Virus record (IMG/VR): IMGVR_UViG_3300012936_000052
Location: 1 to 39,504 of that record
Source: a virus
Taxonomy: Duplodnaviria > Caudoviricetes
Direction: 5' to 3' (one strand)
Length of the DNA stretch: 39,504 nt
In this document: positions 27,255 through 35,137 of the stretch, piece after piece
How the letters are laid out: every line of letters begins with the position of its first letter
How positions within the stretch are numbered: position 1 is the first letter of the stretch
The notes under the pieces: model-generated
What the model was told of the DNA's origin: nothing
Database searches by the model: none
What the model saw: only the letters and a program-made list of their open reading frames with translations
Translations under genes and position numbers: made by a program

Positions 27255-27395
27255 ATGAACATGGATACACTAGCTAAGCAGTCACTTGAAGCAGTAATGG
27301 AAATTACTGGCACTGATGGAAAAGACGCACACACACAAGAAATTGCTTTCAAGCTTGCATGTGCAGCAATGGCGCAGGAGGTAGCGAGCCGTTAA
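27255..27395 (+). CDS. 46-aa first early protein
   Basis: GGAGA RBS; MNMDTLAKQSLEAVMEITGTDGKDAHTQEIAFKLACAAMAQEVASR; not in the ORF track. Confidence 0.72.
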   Translation: MNMDTLAKQSLEAVMEITGTDGKDAHTQEIAFKLACAAMAQEVASR

Positions 27396-27406
27396 GGTTC
27401 GCTTTT
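27383..27406 (+). terminator. Hairpin/weak terminator after the first early gene
   Basis: AGCGAGCC/GGTTCGCT stem followed by a short T-run. Confidence 0.5.
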
Positions 27407-27411
27407 GTCTT

Positions 27412-27693
27412 ATGGAGGATTACAAACAAGCAGCGCTAAACCTGTTTCCTAATAAATGGGTTGAGGTTAGTGATAATTTCAAAATTGACAACAACGCAGG
27501 AAAGCGAGCAGTCGCCGAGGAAGTATTCAAGGCTGTTTTCGATAAGCTGAAAACTGAGCATGTAGCCGATTCTGTGGCTAAAGCTTTTCTTCGCAGAGCC
27601 TCTAAGTGGGGCACTGATAACAACGGTATTAACGCGGCTAATATGTCAACTGCGTTAATGGCTTCAATCATAGCGATAAGGGATGACGAATAA
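27412..27693 (+). CDS. Hypothetical early protein
   Basis: 93-aa ORF, TAATG coupling to the next gene. Confidence 0.65.
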   Translation: MEDYKQAALNLFPNKWVEVSDNFKIDNNAGKRAVAEEVFKAVFDKLKTEHVADSVAKAFLRRASKWGTDNNGINAANMSTALMASIIAIRDDE

Positions 27694-27878
27694 TGACCCC
27701 CCTAAAAACCCTACTAACCGAATACCCTAGTCAACTATCATTCGCCAGGGCTTACGACATCCACCCGTACCAGCTTAGACGGTGGCTCGATAACGACGCG
27801 CATGTGGATGGTGAGGGTAATGTTTATATACGCACTAAGGGGAAGTTGGTTAAAACAATTGGAGAACAAAACAAATGA
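27693..27878 (+). CDS. Small HTH-like protein
   Basis: SQLSFARAYDIHPYQLRRWL. Confidence 0.65.
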   Translation: MTPLKTLLTEYPSQLSFARAYDIHPYQLRRWLDNDAHVDGEGNVYIRTKGKLVKTIGEQNK

Positions 27879-28447
27879 TTGATGTGAATTGGGATGATAA
27901 CGCAAAGGCGGCGGTTAATACTTATAACGACTGGGCGCTTGAGAATGATTTAGGAATACACGCTTTCTTTGAGCATTTGACAAACAATGGTCACACACAA
28001 CCAAAAACCGTTGCGGATGCGGTGGAGGTTTTCGGAGCTAAATGGCCTAGCAGTAGATATAATTTTGCTTGGTGGGATTCTGACACTGAACAAATGCTAC
28101 TTGGGTGCAATGAGACAAGCGACACTGTATGCACCCGCGCCGAATTCGAAGAATATGTGAAAGAGCAAGAGGGCGAGGAGTGGACGCATGTGGTTAATTT
28201 CGGATTTAGCGAACAAGCACAATGCAAAATCATCAGTGAGCACGGTGATTTCTTGTGGGTGAAAGTTGATGGTGCTGGGTGCCCAGCCACTTACAAGAAA
28301 AGCGAATTAAAACCCATCAAGCCGACGATAAGCAAAGATGCAAAAAGACAACTAGAGCTTTATGTTCAATATCGAGTTGATAAGTACGGCGACTACGCTA
28401 TGAAATCCGACCTATCTGATTACATGTCTCATCACGACATAATCTAA
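27875..28447 (+). CDS. Hypothetical protein
   Basis: GGAG RBS; 190 aa; VCTRAEFEE motif. Confidence 0.75.
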   Translation: MIDVNWDDNAKAAVNTYNDWALENDLGIHAFFEHLTNNGHTQPKTVADAVEVFGAKWPSSRYNFAWWDSDTEQMLLGCNETSDTVCTRAEFEEYVKEQEGEEWTHVVNFGFSEQAQCKIISEHGDFLWVKVDGAGCPATYKKSELKPIKPTISKDAKRQLELYVQYRVDKYGDYAMKSDLSDYMSHHDII

Positions 28448-28485
28448 CTGGTCTAATCTGTTAAGCGCATCCTACGTGTTAAGGT
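28446..28485 (+). promoter_or_regulatory. FadR-like box 4 with extended -10 (TGtTAAGGT)
   Basis: AACTGGTCTAATCTGTT (28446-28462), TAAGGT at 28480-28485; overlaps a TAAGCGCA/TGCGCTTA hairpin. Confidence 0.55.
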
Positions 28486-28512
28486 GCGCTTAGTTTTTAA
28501 AGGAGATTGAAA

Positions 28513-28887
28513 ATGAAATCGTTAATTGAGCATTTAAGTGAGAATCCACTGCAAGTAGCACTTGTTGAGAATGAGGAGTTGAGAGAGCAGCTAGCAAATG
28601 CTAATGAAGAAATAAGTTCGCTACAAAAGAGCAATGATGATATGGGGACGGAATTCAGCAACCTTGAGCGTCATTATAAATATTTAGCAGAAAAAGAAAG
28701 AGATTCGGCTAACGTCTTCCGGTCGGAATTGGAAAAAGCCAATGCAAACCTTAATGATCTATGCGAATCATTAGAATGGTCACTGGGATGTCATAACTTT
28801 GATAAGCGAGAAATGCCAGAAGCATACGAGTTATGGGAAGATTGTTACTCTACACTTGAGCGAATACGCAAGGAGTTAGCAAAGTGA
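28513..28887 (+). CDS. Coiled-coil protein, paralogue family member 1
   Basis: AAGGAG RBS; LREQLANANEE...ERIRKE. Confidence 0.75.
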   Translation: MKSLIEHLSENPLQVALVENEELREQLANANEEISSLQKSNDDMGTEFSNLERHYKYLAEKERDSANVFRSELEKANANLNDLCESLEWSLGCHNFDKREMPEAYELWEDCYSTLERIRKELAK

Positions 28888-29069
28888 AAGCAACAATATT
28901 AGTGCGAGATTTGGTTAAGCTTATCGCCAAGCATGGTGATTTGGATATGCGCGTTGCAGTTGATGTAGGAAATGGTGCAGCGGTTGAGGCGAGAGCTAAG
29001 TGTGTTGACGAAGTTAGCAACGATAAGCAGGGCGTATTTGCATTCGAAATCTACGGAGAAGAACAATGA
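28884..29069 (+). CDS. Hypothetical protein
   Basis: Coupled GTG start after AAGGAG; LIAKHGDL motif. Confidence 0.7.
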   Translation: MKATILVRDLVKLIAKHGDLDMRVAVDVGNGAAVEARAKCVDEVSNDKQGVFAFEIYGEEQ

Positions 29070-29323
29070 TAAACGAACAAGAACTAGCCCAGGCGGTTGA
29101 GCGCTTGCGTGAGGGTGATGATAACGGGTTATTGGTTAAGTACGACAAGGTAATGGAAGTTGTGATGCATAACGACGTGTTTGTGTATGAGATACTAGAC
29201 GACCTGTTAAATGGGAATCTTGAAATGGCAAAAAGCCAGCTTGATGAGCTATTTGAAGATACTGCGGCGATGCTATTACGCGAAGCATACAGAACAAAAC
29301 TAGAGCATGAAGCGGGGTTGTGA
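29066..29323 (+). CDS. Acidic hypothetical protein
   Basis: GGAG RBS, ATGA coupling. Confidence 0.7.
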   Translation: MINEQELAQAVERLREGDDNGLLVKYDKVMEVVMHNDVFVYEILDDLLNGNLEMAKSQLDELFEDTAAMLLREAYRTKLEHEAGL

Positions 29324-29766
29324 TGAATTACGAAAGCATGAGACTAGGCTGTATAGAGTGGAAGGGATACAAGAATAAGGATGGCTATGGCTCTAAATTT
29401 TATAATGGAAAAGTTAGAAGGGCTCACAGGCTGGCATACTGCAATGATAAAGGTATAGATATAGAAAGCATAAATGGGAAGGTTGTTATGCACCTTTGTG
29501 ATAATCCATCATGTGTTAATCCTGAGCACTTAAAACTATCTACTCAAGAAGAGAATATAAAGGACAGGTGCGAAAAAGGAAGAACAGCAAGGAATTATGG
29601 AAATAAAAATCAAGCAAAGCTGACAATGGAGAATGCTGAGGTTATTTTAAATATTTACAGGAAAGGGTGCAAAGAGTTCGGGTGCAATGCCCTATCAAGA
29701 AAACTTGGCGTTTCGCCAGCAACAATACACCATATTGTAACTGGAAAGAATTGGGGGTTGGTATGA
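29320..29766 (+). CDS. HNH endonuclease (homing type) with C-terminal HTH
   Basis: CIEWKG...GYG, AHRLAY, VMHLCDNPSCVNPEHL...EN. Confidence 0.92.
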   Translation: MMNYESMRLGCIEWKGYKNKDGYGSKFYNGKVRRAHRLAYCNDKGIDIESINGKVVMHLCDNPSCVNPEHLKLSTQEENIKDRCEKGRTARNYGNKNQAKLTMENAEVILNIYRKGCKEFGCNALSRKLGVSPATIHHIVTGKNWGLV

Positions 29767-30119
29767 ATTATAGTGATTGTTCAGATTTTGAGATTAATAG
29801 GCGTGTTGCTGAGTTGCTTGGTAAATTTGAGTATGTCTCAGACTGTAATCATAATGGCGGTAGCGCTGTGCTGTGCTACTCGCTTAGAGCTTGCGATGAG
29901 TACGACCCCTGCAACAACCCAAGCGATGCTTGGTCGATTATTGCTGAGAATAAGATTGATATAGAATTACCGCATGAAGAGGTTAACCAGATAGGATTTG
30001 CAAGCAATCACTTTGAAGGTGTTGTGCATGAGATAATGCCGAATGATAACCCACTACGCGCCGCTTGTATCGTTTATCTTATGATGCAGGAGGGTAAGCA
30101 ATGTTTGGCCAGCCAATAA
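29763..30119 (+). CDS. ninX: NinX-family protein
   Basis: MNYSDCSDFEINRRVA, YDPCNNPSDAWSII.ENKI, NPLRAACIVYLMM; ATG 29763 overlaps the HNH stop. Confidence 0.8.
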   Translation: MNYSDCSDFEINRRVAELLGKFEYVSDCNHNGGSAVLCYSLRACDEYDPCNNPSDAWSIIAENKIDIELPHEEVNQIGFASNHFEGVVHEIMPNDNPLRAACIVYLMMQEGKQCLASQ

Positions 30120-30325
30120 CAAAGCCAGCGCAGCATAAAGCAACTTATACCATCAGTGAGCTGCTTGCTGAGTTCGACAACGACAAGACCGCACTAGCTA
30201 AATCGCTAAACGTCAACCGCAGCACAGTGCGAAAACATGCGCCGCTAGGTGAATCAAGCCATGTAGTTTTGAGGAATGGCGATAAGTACAAGTTGTACGT
30301 TATAACTAGGTTAGGTGGCGATTGA
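30101..30325 (+). CDS. NinH-like HTH protein
   Basis: TISELL...KTALAKSLNVNRSTVRKH...HVV..NG. Confidence 0.65.
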   Translation: MFGQPITKPAQHKATYTISELLAEFDNDKTALAKSLNVNRSTVRKHAPLGESSHVVLRNGDKYKLYVITRLGGD

Positions 30326-30543
30326 TGCGCCACTTAATCGAGCAATTGCGCCATGCTAAGAAAGAGCAAGGCTTAACACACGCAGAGCTATCACACAGAA
30401 GCGGCGTTGGATTCAACACGATAAAGCGATGGTTTTACAAGCATGGCACACTACCAAAAGCGGCAGACTTAGAGGCTGTCGCTAATGTGCTGGGGTATCG
30501 ACTTGGACTGGTCAGAGTTGTTAGTAATACAGAAAGCGAGTAA
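30325..30543 (+). CDS. XRE-family HTH regulator
   Basis: QGLTHAELSHRSGVGFNTIKRW...P...LEAVANVLG. Confidence 0.85.
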   Translation: MRHLIEQLRHAKKEQGLTHAELSHRSGVGFNTIKRWFYKHGTLPKAADLEAVANVLGYRLGLVRVVSNTESE

Positions 30544-30546
30544 GGT
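30506..30546 (+). promoter_or_regulatory. FadR-like box 5 with -35 TTGTTA / -10 TAAGGT
   Basis: GACTGGTCAGAGTTGTT (30506-30522) in the 3' end of the XRE gene; TAAGGT at 30541-30546. Confidence 0.55.
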
Positions 30547-30570
30547 TTAGTTTTTACAAGGGAGATAGAT

Positions 30571-31023
30571 ATGAATAATATATGTGACTTTATGACAAAA
30601 GAAGAGCTTGATAACGCTCTAATTGAAAGAGATAGCCTACGCGCACAACTAGAAAATGCTAATGAAGATTACAAAGCGCTTTTCTCAGCTTTTGAATCAT
30701 GCCAAGACGAATTAAAAAAGGCTAATGATCGTGTGAAGGAGTTGGAGGTTAGATACTCTGAACTTCGCAATAATGTCGGGATTTCTTCGGCTAACATTGA
30801 ATTAGAAATGAACAACAAAAACCATAGAAATAAAATCCTAAGTCAAGCAAAGATTGAGGTGCTTCAAAAGATAAAATCAAAAGCTGTTGACCTAATGCAT
30901 AAAAATTGGATTATTAGTCAATCTCCCAGCGTAGAAAAGTTGATGGAGCAGCCCGTTTGGTTAAGCACGGATATTATTGATTCAGAAATAGAACAACTAC
31001 GCAAGGAGCAGGATAATGAGTGA
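30571..31023 (+). CDS. Coiled-coil protein, paralogue family member 2
   Basis: LRAQLENANED...EQLRKEQ. Confidence 0.78.
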   Translation: MNNICDFMTKEELDNALIERDSLRAQLENANEDYKALFSAFESCQDELKKANDRVKELEVRYSELRNNVGISSANIELEMNNKNHRNKILSQAKIEVLQKIKSKAVDLMHKNWIISQSPSVEKLMEQPVWLSTDIIDSEIEQLRKEQDNE

Positions 31024-31411
31024 TAAATACATCAAAGAAATAACGCAAAATATCCCAAATAATGAGCTAAACGCAGCATGCGATGCCTTGATGAATAACA
31101 GCTTAAATGAGACCTCAGATTATGAAGAAGTCTCCATGGAAGAGCTTAATGAGTACATTGAAGGGCTTGAGTGTCAGGCGGAAGAACTTCGCACACAACT
31201 AGCAAAGGCTAATGAGCGTGTTGCTAAATTAGAGCGCGAAAACACAAACGGGAATGCAGCCGCAGAGCTTCTTATTTGGTGGGCGAAAAAGTTAAGTAAT
31301 GCGCCGAATGAGGATTTGAAAGAGGTCATTAGAATTGGTTACAAGCGCATTGTTAATTTGGCCAATTTAATAGGTGAAGAACAACTACGCAAGGAGCAAA
31401 ACAATGACTAA
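31016..31411 (+). CDS. Coiled-coil protein, paralogue family member 3
   Basis: LRTQLAKANER...EQLRKEQ. Confidence 0.78.
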   Translation: MSDKYIKEITQNIPNNELNAACDALMNNSLNETSDYEEVSMEELNEYIEGLECQAEELRTQLAKANERVAKLERENTNGNAAAELLIWWAKKLSNAPNEDLKEVIRIGYKRIVNLANLIGEEQLRKEQNND

Positions 31412-31862
31412 CACAGAAACAATGATTAAAGCGCTTCGGGTGTTATCGGAGGATATACAGAGCGGTGACGGTGTAGCGAATGCTTGTGTTGCTGACGCTG
31501 CCAATATGATTGAAAACATGAGCACACAACTAGCAAAGGCTAATGAAGAGTATAAAAACCTCTTTGAGATATTCGAAAGTTGCCAAGCAAGAATGTTGAG
31601 ATATAAATCAGCAATAGATGAAGAATGTGTTTTGTGGGATTTCACAGTAGACGAGAAAGAACCAAGAAAAAGCATTCAAAGGCTGCTTGACATAACAGAC
31701 GCTGTTGCTAGAGATCCTGATGTAAATAGCAAGGCTAGGAAATTCGCCATAGAGAATCAAATTAAGGGGGCTAAGGCTTTGATTTATGCCTTCCCGCTTA
31801 ACGCTTGTGACCAAATGAAAGAATGGGTAGAACAACTACGCAAGGAGCAAACCAATGATTAG
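31404..31862 (+). CDS. Coiled-coil protein, paralogue family member 4
   Basis: ATG 31404 after AAGGAG; LSEDIQSGDGVANACVADAA, TQLAKANEE...EQLRKEQ. Confidence 0.78.
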   Translation: MTNTETMIKALRVLSEDIQSGDGVANACVADAANMIENMSTQLAKANEEYKNLFEIFESCQARMLRYKSAIDEECVLWDFTVDEKEPRKSIQRLLDITDAVARDPDVNSKARKFAIENQIKGAKALIYAFPLNACDQMKEWVEQLRKEQTND

Positions 31863-31992
31863 CTTTACAAACTACGTGTTATCAAACCCGCTTGTCGTGT
31901 ACGGCATCGGTGCAGCTATGGCAATTATCTGCTTTGGCGGAGCTTTGGCGGTGGGTAGTATTGTCCGTGCGGTGGCGAGGAAGGAAAGATAA
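31855..31992 (+). CDS. 45-aa membrane peptide
   Basis: MISFTNYVLSNPLVVYGIGAAMAIICFGGALAVGSIVRAVARKER; AAGGAG RBS; not in the ORF track. Confidence 0.7.
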   Translation: MISFTNYVLSNPLVVYGIGAAMAIICFGGALAVGSIVRAVARKER

Positions 31993-32174
31993 TGGGTATT
32001 AAACTTAGAGCGATTCCACTGTTGTTTATTTTTATACCGATAACTTTGTTCTTGTTTTTATGTAGCGCGCTTGGGTATTGTTTTTTGTGGTTAGGCTCAG
32101 TGCTTAGCGATATTGGAAGTATAGCAACACCGCCCTCAATGAAGCGTGTCATGGTGTGGATGAAAAAGGATTAA
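31992..32174 (+). CDS. 60-aa membrane peptide
   Basis: TAATG coupling; long hydrophobic segment. Confidence 0.7.
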   Translation: MGIKLRAIPLLFIFIPITLFLFLCSALGYCFLWLGSVLSDIGSIATPPSMKRVMVWMKKD

Positions 32175-32176
32175 TA

Positions 32177-32521
32177 ATGCTTGATTTTATTAATGAATAT
32201 ACTTACGGCTGGCATCTGTTAATTGCCTTATGTATCATTTTCACAGTTCCAATTTGTTTTTTTATTGGCGAATGGCGTAAACCAATAGTGCCTAATGACG
32301 ATAGGTTAATTGATATGCCTGATAACATAGAAAGCCCAGAGCATTTTTCGCAATGGATTGATTCAATAGACCTAGACAAGCCAAAAAGAGTTGATGAAGT
32401 GCAGGGTTTGAAGGATTTCTTGGAAAGAGAGATTAGCTCAGGAAGATTAGTTGTGGGAGACCCGACGAAGAGTGTAATTAAAGGGTTAAAAGGTAGCTTT
32501 GGAGTTAAGAAAAGATGCTAA
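32177..32521 (+). CDS. Single-TM membrane protein
   Basis: AAGGA RBS before ATG 32177; WHLLIALCIIFTVPICFFIG. Confidence 0.7.
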   Translation: MLDFINEYTYGWHLLIALCIIFTVPICFFIGEWRKPIVPNDDRLIDMPDNIESPEHFSQWIDSIDLDKPKRVDEVQGLKDFLEREISSGRLVVGDPTKSVIKGLKGSFGVKKRC

Positions 32522-32697
32522 CCCCACAATTCGCATACATGCACCAAGGTCGCAAGCTATACAAGACAATCAAAGGCGCTAACACAACGCATGAAGCTAT
32601 CAATGCCTTCACACAGCACATGAAGCAAACGCACAACGTTGATGTGATGCATGTTAAATATCCGTTTGACTTAAAGTATGTGCCGTGCAATGATTAA
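32515..32697 (+). CDS. Hypothetical protein
   Basis: GGAG RBS; last gene before the terminator. Confidence 0.65.
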   Translation: MLTPQFAYMHQGRKLYKTIKGANTTHEAINAFTQHMKQTHNVDVMHVKYPFDLKYVPCND

Positions 32698-32742
32698 ACC
32701 CGTTGGCAATATCTCCCAATCCACTGCCAACACTTCCCACAT

Positions 32743-32768
32743 AGCCTGCCTAGCGCAGGCTTTTTTTT
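32743..32768 (+). terminator. Intrinsic terminator ending the early rightward arm
   Basis: AGCCTGC-ctagc-GCAGGCT followed by a T-run. Confidence 0.88.
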
Positions 32769-32815
32769 GTGCGTCTTTAAGCGTATACTAGCCTCATAAA
32801 CACAAAGGCGCATAC

Positions 32816-33955
32816 ATGGCTTACTATCTAGCATTCACATCCGGCAGCGAGTACGTTGATATAACATCACCAATATCAGTCAGCGGTGACGGGGTGTTAG
32901 CTGAAATTGATTTTGTTTACAAAGGTGCATCAAACAATGTTATCTGTGGCGGCACATCATTCAGTGATTATTGGCGTATAGACAACGATAACCAGTTCAG
33001 AATATCAATTGCAGGTAGCTCCAATAAAGCAAAACTTATATCGCCTCTAGTGGTTGGCAATAGGTACATGCTCAAGCTTGTGCGTACTGGCTCTTCGGTA
33101 GAGGTAAGAGATTCAACAAATACGGCGATAACAAGCGCTACAAACCTAAATGCTAATCCTTTTGTAATCGGTAAAATCGGCTCTTTCCATAACGGCTCTT
33201 CAAACCTAACGATGGACTTGTACGGTTTCAAGGCTGGCTCTGAGACTTACAGCCCAAGCCTTTCAAATGGAACTGGCAATATACTGCCAACAGTGTCAGG
33301 CTCAAATCAGGGTGTGTTAACCAACTTCCCAACCGACAACAACCAATGGGTATTCTACGATGATGGCGGCGGCTCTGTTACGGCTAATGTGACAGAAACA
33401 AGCGACAGTGCGACAGAATCTAGCGCAATATCAATAACATCCAACATAACAGCGCAAATCACAGAAACCTATAGCGATGCAGCAGAGTCAAGCACTGCAT
33501 CGATAACAACGCTTGTAACAGCTAGTGTGACTGAGCTTTCACAAGACGCGACAGAATCAATCGCGGCTACGATTACTAATAACCTGGTAACGCTTAACGT
33601 CACAGAGATAGCGCAAGATTTCACGGAGTCGGTTAGCGCGACGGTAGCGGGTAAGGTTAGCGCGTTAGTCACAGAATTCACAGCGGATGCGTCAGAATCG
33701 TCAACGCTATCAATCAGTGCTAACATAAGCGCAGCAGTAACGGAAATAGCGCAAGACTTCGCTGACAATATCGGCGTTAATGTAGTTGGTAGTTTCACGG
33801 TAGAGGTCACAGAAGCCACGGTTGATTTCGACGATGCGTGTTATATCCAGTTGCCAGTTCAGCGACTAGTGGCGCGTAAAACAATTTCAGTAAACAGTAG
33901 GCGGAGTGGCACAATTAGGGTTACACGACGCAATCACGTAATAAGGGTTAAATAA
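32816..33955 (+). CDS. Putative virion fibre: lectin/LamG-like head, seven ~23-aa Thr/Ser/Ala repeats, Arg-rich tail
   Basis: Beta-rich N-terminal ~185 aa, repeats of V/I-T-A-x-V-T-E-x3-D-x2-E-S, C-terminal RKTISVNSRRSGTIRVTRRNHVIRVK. Confidence 0.6.
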   Translation: MAYYLAFTSGSEYVDITSPISVSGDGVLAEIDFVYKGASNNVICGGTSFSDYWRIDNDNQFRISIAGSSNKAKLISPLVVGNRYMLKLVRTGSSVEVRDSTNTAITSATNLNANPFVIGKIGSFHNGSSNLTMDLYGFKAGSETYSPSLSNGTGNILPTVSGSNQGVLTNFPTDNNQWVFYDDGGGSVTANVTETSDSATESSAISITSNITAQITETYSDAAESSTASITTLVTASVTELSQDATESIAATITNNLVTLNVTEIAQDFTESVSATVAGKVSALVTEFTADASESSTLSISANISAAVTEIAQDFADNIGVNVVGSFTVEVTEATVDFDDACYIQLPVQRLVARKTISVNSRRSGTIRVTRRNHVIRVK

Positions 33956-34353
33956 TGTCACAACGTTCAGTAGCAGAATGCAATGCAGCGCTAGGTGCGA
34001 GAAACACGCTAGCAAACGGCGGCTCAGTAGAAATCAGAAGCGGCGCACCCGCTGATATTGATAGCGCGGCAACAGGCTCAGTGCTTGTTACGTTTCCGCT
34101 AGGCAATCCTGCTTTTGGTGCGGCAAGTAACCGCACTTCTAGCCTAAACCTACCGGCAGCAGTAACAGCGAGCGCAGACGGCACAGGCGCACCGTATCAC
34201 TATGTATTAAAAGATAGTGGCGGCAATGTACTGCGAAACGGCACAGCAGGCACAGCAGGTACAGACATGATTCTTAGTGCTGCAACGTGGTCGGCTGGAG
34301 ATGATGTAGAAATCACTGCATGGACCACATCAGAGGGCAAAGGGATCAACTAA
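33955..34353 (+). CDS. Small Ala/Gly/Thr-rich virion structural protein (fibre subunit-like)
   Basis: EIRSGAPADIDSAATGSVLVTFPL..PAFGAAS...GTAGT.GTDMIL; TAATG-coupled to the fibre gene. Confidence 0.65.
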   Translation: MSQRSVAECNAALGARNTLANGGSVEIRSGAPADIDSAATGSVLVTFPLGNPAFGAASNRTSSLNLPAAVTASADGTGAPYHYVLKDSGGNVLRNGTAGTAGTDMILSAATWSAGDDVEITAWTTSEGKGIN

Positions 34354-34595
34354 TGTTCACACCGATAGTTGGTATCTATCGGTTCGGTGAGAAAGGCGGT
34401 ACATACGAATCAATGATAACGGTAACGTTTTATGGTAGTGAGGCTACGATTAACGGTTTATGCACAGGTATAAGCAAGTCGCAGGCTCGCAAATTCGTAA
34501 ATGATATGTGCTTGCTTGGTGTTCACACGCTAAGATATAAACGAAAAGGCAGGTTAAAGGTCGTGCATATACGAGAGAAGTTAACATGCGAGTAG
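34353..34595 (+). CDS. Hypothetical protein
   Basis: ATG 34353 coupled to the previous stop; basic C-terminus. Confidence 0.6.
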   Translation: MFTPIVGIYRFGEKGGTYESMITVTFYGSEATINGLCTGISKSQARKFVNDMCLLGVHTLRYKRKGRLKVVHIREKLTCE

Positions 34596-35137
34596 GCAAC
34601 AAAGAGACTAAGCCAAGGGTGACGAGGAAGTACAAGACAGCCGATGAATTGCAAGCGGCGATTGATGCTTACTTTGCTAATCCTCACGAAAAAACCATCC
34701 TGTACAAAGGCGAAGAAATACGCGTCCAAAAGGTGACGGTTGAGTATATCGCCATTCATCACCTTGGGTTTAAGTCTAAGCAGTCGCTCTATGACTACCG
34801 CAATCGATACCCACAAGAGGGTTACGACGAGGTAATTAATAACCTTATTGACCAAGTTACCGACTATTGGAAGTCGCAAGGTGAAAACGGTAATGCGACA
34901 TTTGCGGCGCTTATGGTTTCTACGCTTGGTCGCGATAAAGAGCGCATCAAATTCGATAAAGAATCAACAGCACTCCAAAAGGCTAGACTACTGCTAGAGA
35001 AGGCAGGTAAGAGCGAAATATCGCTCGACACCATGCAGAAGCTAATGACAGGAGTTAAAGCTGAATCAGACATAAACAAAGTTGACGAACTTGAGAGGCT
35101 TGTACGCGAATTGGCAGATATGGCGGGGATTAAATGA
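34586..35137 (+). CDS. terS: Terminase small subunit
   Basis: KYKTADELQAAIDAYF...LGFKSKQSLYDY (gp3-type N-terminus); directly upstream of TerL. Confidence 0.8.
   Translation: MRVGNKETKPRVTRKYKTADELQAAIDAYFANPHEKTILYKGEEIRVQKVTVEYIAIHHLGFKSKQSLYDYRNRYPQEGYDEVINNLIDQVTDYWKSQGENGNATFAALMVSTLGRDKERIKFDKESTALQKARLLLEKAGKSEISLDTMQKLMTGVKAESDINKVDELERLVRELADMAGIK

Noticed and set aside
30990-31849. CRISPR-like array from the three 21-bp repeats
   Set aside because: Spacing is about 390-450 bp, the repeats are coding, and no cas genes are present.
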